Positions 39,077 through 51,599 of a DNA stretch of 64,000 nucleotides are shown piece by piece. The notes under the pieces were generated by a model. That model did not search any database. It was not told the origin of the DNA and was given only the letters and a program-made list of their open reading frames with translations. The first letter of the stretch is position 1. The number at the start of each line of letters is the position of its first letter. The position numbers and the translations under genes were made by a program. Origin of the DNA: Chrysomallon squamiferum (Eukaryota > Animalia > Mollusca); the NCBI GenBank assembly GCA_012295275.1, contig CM022667.1:20894001-20958000 (forward strand), given 5' to 3'.

Positions 39077-40419
39077 ATGTCATCAAAAGAAAGATTTTTA
39101 CATCCAGGAAGCCTTATCCAAACTTAACAAGAAGTTGCTTTTTTTCAGATGTACATTTTTGAAAACATAAAATGATTTAATATGAGAAACACAAAAACAA
39201 ATGTTACTCAGTTAGAAACAAAGTTATATAAAGTAATGGTGGGTTTGTTAGGTCTTATTATTGTTGTTGCAGGGGTTTTTAAAAGTAAATTATCTGGCTA
39301 GCTTAGGACCAGAGATGACTCAAATTTCTTGATTAAGGCTTAAAAATTATTCCATTAAGCAATGAATTCTGGTATTCTGAAGAATAAATGGTTTGATACC
39401 TCTATGAGAAAGCTGAAACAATAGTTTATAAATACCTTGATTTCCCTCTTTTTCTTAGCACACCAATGTATTCTGCCTTTGCCCAAACCTGCAGCTATGA
39501 TTCCCCCTGAGTGAGCCATTGGTCCTTCCTGAAATGTTTTGAAACACAATGACATCTTAACTTAGATAGGTATTAACAAGTACAGTGTCTATAGGTCAGA
39601 CACATAATTCTTAAAATTTTCTTAACCAAATAATACTGCATAAAAGAACAATTACTAACAAAAGTAAAAAAAATGTTAATGACAATAACTAAAAAATATA
39701 TATTTTAATGAAGTGAATGTTAGGATTTTCAACACTGTTTTTGTAATACCTTCCCACAGGCCAAACCACCAAGAATGGAGAGAATAACCCCAACAGTTTT
39801 AGCTATAAAACACTGCAGAGTCAGAAGTCCTGGAATCTTTACACCATTGAGGTAGGCTTTGATTAAAGGAATGCCACTTCCTGCTGCCATTGGCTGAAAC
39901 ATATTTATATATTTGTAGATTAAAGAAATAATAATCATTATAACAAGAGTGTTTACAATTTATAATAATTAACATGTTCTGTATTAATCTGCACACTGGA
40001 ATATCTTCAAAAATAATCATGATTAATATACTGAGTAGTTTCTTGGTAAACATAGCTGATACACATTTATTAATTTTGTTCAGATGACAATAATTGTTAC
40101 ATGGGGTATATGTTAATGACATCACTAGTTACAAAATGGCATATGTTTTGTATTTATGTGTAATTGTTAATTTACATGTACTGGAAATTTTAGTTTTAGA
40201 ATAAATTGTATTCATTTCTATAAATTCAATTCTAGCCGAATGCATGATAATAATATAATGTAATAACACAGAGATGGAATACTGAACTGTAGCAGTTTTA
40301 CTGAACTTTGACAACAGTTGATATTAATATTTAAATGCATTTATTTAATTTGACTTAGCTTCAGGTTTGATTATAATGCATATATATTTTTATATATATA
40401 TATTTCATTTTTTTTCTTT

Positions 40420-40503
<84 letters not shown>

Positions 40504-41918
40504 TATATGTATGTATGTATGTTTATAACTGTTTTCTTTTTTTGGTTTTGTTTCTGGTTTGTTCCAATTTTACAACATAGTTTCTGTTATCACTGGTTAT
40601 CCATTATTAAAGCCATTTGATTTAAAACCCTGTTTTGTTTGTTTCTCCTTAGGACATGATGATTATTTTGTCTTTCACTCTCCTCTAACCCCTGCCCCCC
40701 ACCATTAAATATTTTTCTTGTAGCAGCTACACTCAGAAAATGCAAAATACATATATTTAAATTATCTTAAATATACAAATTAAAGTGAAAAATACTTATT
40801 TTGTTCAATTATCTTAATTCTTTTAAGTCCTATTCAGAAAAGAAACTGACTATTTAGACTGAAAAAAATTCAATAAATACCTCAACACATCAAAATGTAG
40901 AAATGGAATAGCAACTGATATAAATAGAATATGAAAAAATGTAAAACCAAATGATACATACTGACAGGTAAGTGACAATTGCTCCTGCTAATAAAGATAT
41001 GCCAACATTAATTCCTGACCATATAAGAACTGGAATGATTAAACAGTTTTCTTTGGCACATTTATCTATGTCTGAAACAAATGTCATGGAAAAAATCCCA
41101 AAGAAATATGTGCACATAATCAATTTTTATATCAATTATTTTTTCATAATTTCTCTTTGGACTAGTTTTTAATATTTTTATGATGACTGATTTCTTGAAT
41201 CTTTTTCAGCCAAAACAAGCAAAATACATATACTAATTTACTTAAAATCAATAAGAAATTATTTTCATCAAACACAAAATACATATAGAAACACACCTAT
41301 AGATCTATTTTAACACAAATATGTACATGCTGACATATGTGTGTAGAAATTTAAGTCATTAACAAAAAAGAGAATTTTTTAATAATTTCTTATCATTTCT
41401 TTTAAAAACTGTATTACTATAGGGGTGAGGGTAGGGACAGCTGTGTCATAATGTGGGCAGAATACCCAGACAAGTGTAACTGATCTGTTTGTTACTGATG
41501 GGGACCTCATAGGTGTTTGCTAATGGCTCCCATCATAATTCCATACATGACAGTGCTTCCACACATGATGTTCCAATAAGACATATTGCCAGCATGTGTA
41601 TTGTATTGCATGCATGTCTGACCCTACACCAGTAGTATTGCTGGACATCAATCCCACAGAACAGTTGGATGAACTAGAGAGACCCAGAGCTACTGAATCT
41701 GCAAGTCTGAAAAAAAATAGGTCAAAAGGGTATGTCAAAAATACAGCCACTTCGGAATACCTCTTTACAAACTGCCTAATACCAAATTGCATTGCCAACA
41801 GTAACAGTTGCTGCATAAACACATTTTCCTAAATGATGTGGTCACATATTTCCATAATTTCTAATTTATGAAATAAGTAACTCTGGGAAGGTCAATTTTA
41901 ATTATGTTATTATTTTAA

Positions 41919-41958
<40 letters not shown>

Positions 41959-42596
41959 TCATATATTTGTTCCTGTTTGTTATAAAAAGGATACATTTTT
42001 GAACAAGATCAAACTTCATGTGAGCAACAACCTCAACAATGATATGAATTCCTGCTGCCAAGACAGCTGCTCCAATTCCAACAATGAACATTATGATCCA
42101 ACGACTGATGGTCTTGATGAGGTGCCGTTTCTATTGAAAAAAACAGTGTTCAAACTACACCTCTCTGCTATAAAATTCTAGCCTTTTTTTTAAAATTATA
42201 CTAAATAATCTACTAATGTAATACAAAGAATACAATGTCTTAATACGAAAGATTAAATAAATTATTTATCTTTTATCAACTAATCTCAATTTGTCAAACA
42301 GTATAAGCTTCTGTGAATTCTTTAATAAACAGCATTAATATAGTTCTAATATTTCTCTTTCAACTATTTATTAGCAATACTGAAAAATAATTTAATAACA
42401 GAATTAACATAATGTTGTTTTAATATACTTATTAATTATTTCACTAGAAATAATATCATAAATATACTTATAAATCTGCTGTCTTAATAATTAGAAGTAG
42501 AAAATTTAAAAAATTTAAAATCTCACTTACTTTTGATCGAAACTTCTGCTCCTCTTCATGATATAAATCACATTCATTTATATCATAATTCAAACT
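25232..42596 (-). CDS. CLCN7: CLC-6/7-branch H+/Cl- exchange transporter (CLC-7-like, divergent), shared 19-exon core of 717 aa
   Basis: Exons (transcript order) 42596-42531, 42130-41995, 41071-40962, 39893-39750, 39528-39436, 36977-36819, 36406-36296, 36003-35888, 35634-35490, 34995-34902, 34296-34127, 29990-29814, 29617-29532, 29150-29039, 28653-28576, 28395-28309, 27736-27647, 26989-26909, 25330-25232 (2154 nt, in phase). Motifs: SLNYD, GSGIP, GKEGP (gating Glu), [10 protein letters not shown] (proton Glu), GVFIP, GLYD, and two CBS domains (FSGFPI; [17 protein letters not shown]). May be a paralogue rather than the true CLCN7 orthologue. Confidence 0.93.
30845..31290. repeat. Tandem repeat, about 160-bp unit, about 2.7 copies
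   Basis: TAACATAACAGTAAAA...CAAAATAAC...CTCAAAAT...GTTTGA...AAAATTAAC recurs at 30852, 31009 and 31171. Confidence 0.85.
38040..38285. repeat. Degenerate minisatellite, about 54-bp unit (dimer of about 27-bp subunits), about 4.5 copies
   Basis: AATATCAnCTGAAnTGTGAAGTCnAAATATTAACTGnnnTGTGAAGA recurs at about 38041, 38095, 38148, 38200 and 38255, with decayed flanks. Confidence 0.8.
40421..40520. repeat. (AT)n(AG)n microsatellite
   Basis: Seen directly; about 33 AG units. Confidence 0.95.
41430..41830 (+). mobile_element. Decayed Tc1/mariner transposase fragment
   Basis: Frameshifted motifs in Tc1 order: SCVIMWAE (cf. GSVMVWAG), [10 protein letters not shown] (cf. TDLVFIDGNL), MFQ*D (cf. FQQDNA), [14 protein letters not shown] (cf. 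PDLNPIEHLWDELER). Confidence 0.7.
41920..41957. repeat. (TG)n microsatellite
   Basis: Seen directly. Confidence 0.95.
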
Positions 42597-42952
42597 CTAT
42601 AAAAAATAAAAATTATTGTTTTACATATTAAAATGTATTAATCATATATTAGTTTGATACAAGTATTTATTTACATTAACAAAAGAAACCTTATCATCAA
42701 TAAAAACTAGTTTTCCATTGCTAACAGAGAAAAAGTAACAATATATAAAAATGCTGTTTTGTTAAGTGGCTTTTTTGGGGGTTCACAGCAATATACATTT
42801 TATTTTGTTTGTTACATATGGATTTTTTTTTTTAAAGTAATAATTCCACTAACTGTTTGCTACTGGCTGCAACATTTTTAGAGATGAATCATTTTTCTAT
42901 TGTGCTTTAAATCTGCAATTATGTTTGTGATTAAACTGAAAGAGAAACTTAC

Positions 42953-43206
42953 CTCCCACTTGGACACAAGCCTTTTTCTGAAACGAGGAGATTCTAATCC
43001 ATACTGTTTCATCCGCTTATGAAAATCCTAAAACATATTTTTAATTTTAAAACATTTTTATTAACTGAAGCATTTTTAATGCATTTATCATACAGTGTAA
43101 TTGTAAAAGAAAATTTTCAAAAATAAATAGTTACTTTCTCAAATTTACATTATTAAAGTATGAGCAAGGAGAGAATGTTTCAACTGACAAATATCTGTAT
43201 GTGTAG

Positions 43207-43264
<58 letters not shown>

Positions 43265-43720
43265 ATATTTTTGGAGGGGGCATTTTTATTTTTTTTATTT
43301 TAATATTTACAGTTATAGTTTTATTAATTTTATATTCATTAAAATAAGAGTTGCCTGTATCCCACACATATCAGTAACAGGGGCACATCCACTTTCAGTG
43401 CAATCCATCACGATGCAAGAAAACCTACCACTAAGACCTAGATGTAAATTGTAAGCACAAAAACAAGTTCACTTATGCAATGCACAAATTAAACAATGAA
43501 TCAATAAAGGAGAACACTTCAAAATTTGGTCTTTTTTTAAAATAATAACTTCAATTTCTCATGGGATTATCATGCAAAAAGGATATGATTAAACAGCAAC
43601 TTAATACATTATTACAATTTTTTTTTTTTTTTTTTTTTTTATGGAAATATGAAAGGGTCAGTCCTAAAAAGTGATGAAATTAAAGCGAAATGACCTCAAT
43701 CCCATGTGTGTGTGTGTGTG

Positions 43721-43795
<75 letters not shown>

Positions 43796-44020
43796 ATGTT
43801 GTTGTTGCTATTATTATTATTATTATTATTAAAGCTGTATGGAAAACACTGGAACTGACATAATCTTTTATGGATTATCAATTATGAATATAAAAATTTC
43901 TTATGACCATATTGTATTCCAGTCTAGAGTGGGTAATGCTTGTTGAAGACGCTTCCGTCTTACAGTCACAAACTTTTTAATGAGCTCTCCAAGCCCAACG
44001 AAATTCCAAATCTTGAACAT
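42953..44020 (-). CDS. CLC-7-like proximal N-terminal exon pair (isoform A, about 761 aa total)
   Basis: Exon 43027-42953 (TAG|...|GTAAGT, phase 0) encodes DFHKRMKQYGLESPRFRKRLVSKWE and joins SLNYD. Candidate start exon 44020-43964 (MFKIWNFVGLGELIKKFVT|GTAAGA) is less certain. Confidence 0.6.
43214..43262. repeat. (TG)n microsatellite
   Basis: Seen directly. Confidence 0.95.
43705..43830. repeat. Compound (TG)n(GA)n plus (GTT)/(ATT)n microsatellite
   Basis: Seen directly. Confidence 0.95.
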
Positions 44021-45093
44021 TGATGATAGTAAACAAAATACTATTTGATAAATATAAACAAACGTATTTCAATTTTTAGTTCAGCCTAGCTTTTTGTGCG
44101 GTCAAGGTCACACAATGACATCCGTGATGATTACGCACATGTATAAATATCATTCTGTGGATTCCAGCATATAAATAGCAACTTTAAAATCTTTAAATTA
44201 CTCTGTTGACCAAAATTGGAAGAAAAAAAAAAATGCATTATTTACTTATTTATTTATATTTATTATTTTATTTTATTTTTTGATTTATGCTTGACAGAAA
44301 TTAGCCGAACTTACTTTTAAAACCCAGTTAGCGCATTTATCAGACGCAAAGGTGGCCCATTATCAGACCCAGATGTGAATTTCAAGATTAAATTTATATT
44401 TTACGGTCCAATAAAATTTCAGTTTAGATATTTAATCATCAGCATAAAATAATTCCGGCTATTTCAAAGAAACCGGATAAATTTGATTTGTATTTATTTA
44501 TTTATTAAATACTGATTTTTGAGTAATGATCTTAAAATTAAGAAAAAGAAAGAAAATGTAATTACTTCCACCCAAGTCTGTCAAGCTAATCATTTTATTG
44601 ATTATTATTATTTATTTATTTATTTATTTATTTCTACCATATTTCTCGAAAAGATTTCGTGAAATTAAAAAAAAAAAAATTTGCCGATGCGTTTCTATTT
44701 TTAATTTTAATTTTAATTTAATTTTTATTTTATCTTATTTTGTTCCTATTCTGGGAGCGATATACCCTACTATCTACCCATTTTAGCAACAAAAATAAAT
44801 AAATAAATAATTAAATTATTTAATTACAATCCGATCTGTTTTACTGCCATTTACTGATTTGGCGGTAATGAACTCTTCTGACATTGGCTGAAGTCGAAAG
44901 TGTCTAGCGACTCTTGAATGGCAAGATGGTGTACACTTTCTAAACTAAATTATTTTACTTCTCGCAAATGTTTGGGTCATAAAAACTATAAAAGAATTAA
45001 TAAAAGCCCCAAACAATCCTGTTTCGATTCGTTTACGTTTAATAATGAATGAATGAATAATATATAAAATAATAACACATTAAAAAATATATA

Positions 45094-45126
<33 letters not shown>

Positions 45127-45270
45127 AAAATAAATTAACAAATAAAATTCAACTAACAAACAATCACCTGCAGCCCTAACGCTTCAAAGCTTTCATTGTC
45201 ATCATCAGAGAAGCATAAGCGTCATCAGCTCGAGGATATTGTCCATTGGAAGCAGATACGGGTACATGGG
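43930..45270. promoter_or_regulatory. CpG-retaining patch; putative internal promoter for CLC isoform A
   Basis: About 30 CpGs in 1.3 kb by eye versus very few in flanking introns. Directly upstream (minus sense) of the candidate ATG at 44020. Contains TCAAGGTCA (44102-44110). Confidence 0.5.
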
Positions 45271-46891
45271 TCAGGTCTCCCAAACAGCCTTTCTGGCTCC
45301 AAAAACTTATCCCTTTTTATTGTTTGAAACTTGGTCATCTGATTTTAATGTTTTGTTAACAGTTTATTGTAAAAAATATCCAGAAGCCGTCTTACAATTG
45401 CTGAAGTATGTCAGCCTTATCAAGAGCCTGTTTGTTTGATAGGCTGATAGGAAGTTGAAACTGCAGTGTCAAAGAGCATATGTCTAATGTGCTTGTTATC
45501 ACCAACTAAGGACAGCTGTGGGTGTTTAGAAATGCTATGACAAAGATTACTTTATTATCACATGGAGTTATTTATTAATTCACAAACATATTTTGTAAAA
45601 ATACAAAAGAAAATTAAAAACCAATAATTTACTTTTTTTGGAGAAACCTTTTTAAAATGTGGAATTGGTCAACTGAAACTTATTTAAAGACTGGATTGAT
45701 CACAGGAGATTCGAGATAATTATATTATATATATTCAAAAAATACACCAACAGTGACACAAAATACACTGCATAATTACTGTGTCAAAACGAGAAAAGTA
45801 TCTTCAGTAATAACCTATATGGAACAAAAAGTGTAATTGGTAATTGTCTTTTTCTATAGCGTATTTAGGGTGCATCATCCAGATGTGTTTACCATATAGG
45901 AATTTGAAAGTTTCTGTATTGAGGAACTGATGTTAATTTTGCTACATGAATCAAGCCCTCATTTGCAAAAGATCTAAATAGATCTCTGCAGTGGGTTTAT
46001 CCACAGTTTTGAGATTATATTCTTCAAAAAAGACAATATTTTGTTCCAAGAGAAGGTATCATTTTTCTGACATTCTAATAAATTATTAATTGCTGGAGGG
46101 TTTAGGAATGATCCTCATTTCTCACTGGTTAACAGCAGTCCACTGCATTCCAAGAAAACTTGCAGACACACACCACAGTAACAAATCTTTGTCAATTAAT
46201 CATCTTTATTTCACACCCACCTTATCCAAAGCTGTGTTTAATTAATTGTTAAGATTTATATTTAATGTGTTGCATTCAGAATTTGTATTTTAATTACATA
46301 TGTTTAATAATTTTAATAATAATAACTGAATAACTTTTCCTTTCTTCATTCATCATTTGTTTTAAATTGTATTGTCATAGGTTTAGCAATCACTAGTAGT
46401 GATTTAGACACTATATATGTTTTAGCTATAACATTATATGCAATGATGTACAGTCTGTTGTTTTCCCAGACAATTTTTCACTCTATAGAATTTTGAGGTT
46501 TTTCCTTGCTGGATTTTTAAAGCAAGACTTAAAGAAGCATCATCCTTAAAAACTAAAAACATAGATCACTGCAAAGAGTTTATCATGTTTTTTAAGGACA
46601 AAAAAAAACCCAAATGGTTTGAACTAAGGTATACTAATACATACGCGACATAAATCATGTCTTCTACACTCACTCCATCAACTTGAACCAATACTAGCAT
46701 CAGAATTTATGCAAAATGGTCCATGTCTTTTATATTTCATTATTAATTTTATCCCATGTTGGCTTTTCTGCCAACAAAATGAGCGGCTTTGACTCTGTAA
46801 GCCTATGTGTCTGCTTACTTCCTGTTGTATTTTTACATAGACAAAATGTTTAATTTTAGTTATTGATGGACTTACATATTAACATAAAAAA

Positions 46892-46927
<36 letters not shown>

Positions 46928-47949
46928 CAAAATTTCTATACATTTTTATGTTTAAATCAGATTTAAATTAATAATAATAATAATAAATAAATAAATCAAT
47001 TCAAATTGTTTAAAGTAAGAATTTTAATACATACTGGAGATAATCTGTTACATATTTTGGAGATTTCCCTTCAGTATAACATAACAATGTTCAAAATTAT
47101 ATTGTAAAATAGCAAGAACAAAAACATGTACATAAAAAGTCAATACACCAGGATGCGAGTGAGGCACCTCCTGAGATAAGGAATTAGAACTGTCACAGTG
47201 AACTACAACTGTTACGTCAGCAGAGGTTATCACCCGAATGGAAATAAAGTAACCATTTGCGTGTGACTGTTATAACTAAATTCACTTTGGCAGGCACGTG
47301 CATCATGCTTCCAATACATTTTCAAAAATGCTGCATGTGATGGAAACTGACATTCTTTGTTAGTAGAGTAAAAGGAATTCAAATATTGTTTTTTAAAATT
47401 ATTTATTATCCTTTTTTTTTAACTTTTTTTTTTTTTTTAGCTGCTTAGCTTAAAATGAATAAAACCAGATAATGTGCAATACTGTATTAAAATTAATAGT
47501 TAAGAAATAAAAAAAAGGTAAATATTTAGTAACTGGTGCGGCAAAACTGATTTAATAAAAAAAAAAATAATAATCAAGTTTATTAATTAAGTAACTAGTA
47601 AAATTTATCATGGGAAGGTTGTGAAAGTTTGATTAAATATAATGAATTAAAAGAATTTTAGTAAATTACATATTTAAACACTCTCTCATTGCTGATACTA
47701 GAAAGGTTCTGGTTAATATAAATTTTTATGACTACAAATAAAAACTGTACAGACAGATTTAATGTTAATGTTCTCTTGAAGAATAAATAATATAATCAAT
47801 GTTTAATTTTTGAGAAATAACTACTTATTAAAAAAAAATTATTTCAACTTTTTTACAAATTACAATGAAACACAATGACAGGAATATACTTTACCTTTTT
47901 GACCTTCTGTCTGAAATTCATTTGTTTTTTTCAAATAAAAGTTACTAAC

Positions 47950-50888
47950 CTTAAATTTGGAGGACAGCAGTGCTGTGATGCTGCTTTGTGTAAGGAGGGT
48001 GTCTGTTGGTGTGAGGGTGAGAGTGGTGTCCTCCTGCTCAAACTGTGTGTAGGCATCAGAATATTTTCTACTGGAAACTGCCCCATCATTGTGTCTTGTT
48101 TCCTCTCTGCCACGTACTTGGATGTCACACAAGTTAGAATCTGACTTCACTGGAGTGACAGTAAACTAGAAAGAGAAAAGTAACTGAAAACATGATACTG
48201 AATAAATCTGATTATTAATTAGTTTTACAACTATCAGAAAGTTTTTTTAATTTATTTTGTTTTATATACTTTTATAAATTTTATGTTTTGTTATTTTTCT
48301 TTTTTTTTAACTTTTTTATATATATATATTTATAAAATATTTTTTTTGTGTGTGTTTTTTTTTAATTTTGCCATTTAGTTTAGCCATTTTGCCATTTAAA
48401 TGATATGCACTATTTCTCTGCTTCTTAAACTTGTGGATGGTGCATACAAAAGCTAAATGAAAATATTCTGAGGAGAATTAAACTTGAGAAGAAAATCACC
48501 AGTAATACAAGAAGGCTTACTCGGGAATGAATGACAGTGAAACTGTCTACAAAACACTGCACTGTGTTCACTTCCTACTAATTTATTTATAATGTAAATG
48601 GTCTTCACTGAAACTTGCGATTTCTATATTTTTATAGTAAACATGAAAAAAAATTAACAGCTGCTGACATTAATACATTTGTGCTTAATAACATTATCTC
48701 AGTATTTGCATTAAGCACTTTATAATTACAAGAAAACCCAAAATAGAAAAATAATAAATTACAGTTGATCCATCAGGAATGTTTCCAGTAATAACATGTT
48801 AAGATTCATTTCTCACTATGAAAATAAATGCAAACTGACGTTCACAAATGTAAATATTTCAGAGCACTGAAGTGTCGTATCTGAAAAGTGTGGATAACTT
48901 TAGGACTGTGTGGTTATCTGTTGATTATTCAAAACAACTGGTGTTAGCTAATTGGAGCACTCTCTCTGTTGACACTGAGAATGTTAATATTTAACAATGA
49001 ACAACTTTTTTGAACTTCTCTTAATCTAATTAAGAGGTCTATGGCCGATTTATTTAAAGTACCAGCTTGGTTTATAACTAAATGGTGAACAAAGAGAAAA
49101 TGTCTGTGTATGATCTAATTCTTTCTCTCTTTGTGTAACTTCTTTCTCTAGAGATTTTTATTTATTTATTTATTTTACACATCTGTGAGTCACATATTAT
49201 TATTTTTGTTGTTGTTCCAGTAAAAACATACAACTCAAATCAAAATAAACAATTACATTTAAATGTTAGAAATGTAACTTTTAACTCAACAAATTTATAA
49301 TGAATCTTCACTATTTTATTTATTTTCATTTTTTTTTAAAATTATTTTTCTACTTGACGTTGGAAAAATAGGAGATAAAAAAAAAAATTAGATAAAAAAA
49401 GGAATTAAATATTTATAGATATAAAACAAGTTTGTAAAACAGGAAATATTCAATTCCAATGCAGTACAGTAGAAGTTCAATTTAAAAACCCAAAACAATT
49501 CAGAAAAGTATGTCTGTTATTGCCAAAGACCATTCTAATGTAATGTTTTAAAATTTTAACATATTAACGTATTAATTTTAAATATTTTACTAATTTAAAA
49601 TGGCATTATTACTCACTATTTTTATATTTAAATATTTAATGACACAATATTTTGCTAATAGTGATGGTCAAGAATAAATGAACACTTTCAAAGTAAGAGG
49701 AAATCAATGGTTGAAGGCAGAAAGTTTAAAAAAAAAAACTGTATATTCATAAAATAATTAAGAACACTAAAAGATTGTAAACATACAGATTCAGCATTAA
49801 ATGATACATGCTGAAATACTGAAGATGTTACCTGCATGTAGCTTACCTATCAAGCCTACTTGAACTATGGCTAGCATCCAAACATTTGAGAAAAAAAGAA
49901 AAAGATGAAGCACTTGACTTAAGCATTTAGTCCATTGAACTGACATGTATTACATCAACAGTTCATAAAAAAAAAAAATTTAAGTATATTCTAAATACCT
50001 TCTTGTTTTGTTTTATTTACGATTTACCTATCCAGTCACTGTAGCAAAATAAACAACAGAAAGAATACAGTTTACAAATATTTGCTGCATGATTTTTGTA
50101 ATTATGTACAGAGTCAGTTGGTATGTTCTGTCATTACTTCCAGCCTAAGAAATCTACAGATCTGGATCCACCTCATATCTGATGACACCACATCTTCAGT
50201 AAACTGTTTTCTAACACTGTAGGTCACCCCAAAACAACAAAATAATAAATAAACAATAAAATAAGAATTTCATTAGACCAGTTTATTTTGTACAGTCATA
50301 ATACACTTTAAAATACTGACCGATTTTAAAGGTTTATCTGTTTATTTAATTCTTTTTTTCTTCGTTTATTTATTTTTTTTTTTTTATTTGTTACTTTATC
50401 TTGGGTTGTTTTTACTGGAAGACAATTATAAATTATTTGGTTTTATTAAACCATAGCAATAAGACGGGTGAAATGCCTGTTTATAACATCGATTAGATAT
50501 GCATTGTAACTGTGACACTAATCTGACAGTACTTTTCATTCACATTATCTGTTGTCAGTAACTTGTTTGGATTAAATATAAAAATTCACACAAATCTGTG
50601 AGGCTGCTTAAACTTAAAATGTAATTTTCTTATTTGCATCATTAGCCTGTGTTTAATAATACAATAGTTCTGTTATATACTGAGGATCCAAAGCATTTAA
50701 AAAATAAAACTGTCTACTGCTATAGTCTTTTAAGGCTCCTAAAATACCACCTCTTTGGGAAAAGGAAAATTAAAACTTGAAAAACTGATACAACCTAATA
50801 TAGAAAGAGTAGAAAGAGAAATTTAGGTTTTTAATGAACCTACCTGACAGTTTTTTTTGTTGAAGGTGTCTAACTCAATCAGTGACAT
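47950..50888 (-). CDS. CLC-7-like distal N-terminal exon pair (isoform B, about 804 aa total)
   Basis: Exon 48165-47950 (CTTTTCTCTTTCTAG|...|GTTAGT, 216 nt, phase 0) ends ...ITALLSSKFK, resembling CLC-7 LLSLKYE just before SLDYD. Candidate start exon 50888-50844 (GCCATG, MSLIELDTFNKKNCQ|GTAGGT) is less certain. Confidence 0.65.
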
Positions 50889-51599
50889 GGCAGAATGAAT
50901 TCTGGAGACATCATAACTGAACACTTCACTTACATCTCTTCTCTTTTTTTTTATCACATATCAAACCAAATGAACAAGGACTTCTAATTATCCAGAAAAT
51001 ACACAACAAGTGTAAGCCATGGTTGTAACATTTTGGTTTTTACAAACTGACCTTTCCACAAATCAATAAATTTGTTTGATGAATATTTATAATGCTGATC
51101 ATCTTGTGCACTTGTGAAGATTATAATGCTGATAACAGGTAATCATTTTAGTTTTGATTTTTTTTATATATCACAGGTGTTTTATTTTGTTAAATTTAAA
51201 GTTTGCTTATTTCATTAACAAATAAATACTATGACAACCTGTTATGCATATTAATTTTCTTCAACACAGTAATTATTTTAATGTTATGACCACAAACGAT
51301 TCACTTTGATGAGTTGAATTTGTTAACATAATATGATTAAACTGTCAAATGTTGTTAATTCAGTAAAACTGGTATATAAAATAACATGCTAGTCAAGAGG
51401 CAGTTTTAATGAGAAAAATCTTTCTTCTATAATAAATTATTACATTCATCACTGTCAATGAATTTTATCTAGTTTATTTACTACATTTTTGTTGTCTAAT
51501 ACATTAATGGCTTCTAAAATATTTCTGATAGTAACCACACACTAATGAATCAAGAAACTTTTCAAAGACAGTTACTGATCAGCCTCAAATCAAAACACC

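Larger units (their letters stand above)
41072..41994 (-). other. Candidate U12-type (minor spliceosome) GT-AG intron in the CLC gene
   Basis: On the minus strand the 5' splice site reads GTATCCTTTT (U12 consensus RTATCCTTT). The 3' end reads TTTTCCATGAC-ATTTGTTTCAG, a one-mismatch TTCCTTRAC branch site about 11 nt from the end of the intron. Confidence 0.85.

Noticed and set aside
43131-43881. ORFs with THTHTH, VCVCVC, SLSLSL or NNNN runs (also 55375-55899)
   Set aside because: Translations of microsatellites.
45168-45340. Exon-like GC-richer segment with minus-strand donor CAG|GTGATT
   Set aside because: No ATG-initiated open frame reaches the donor; at most a non-coding exon.
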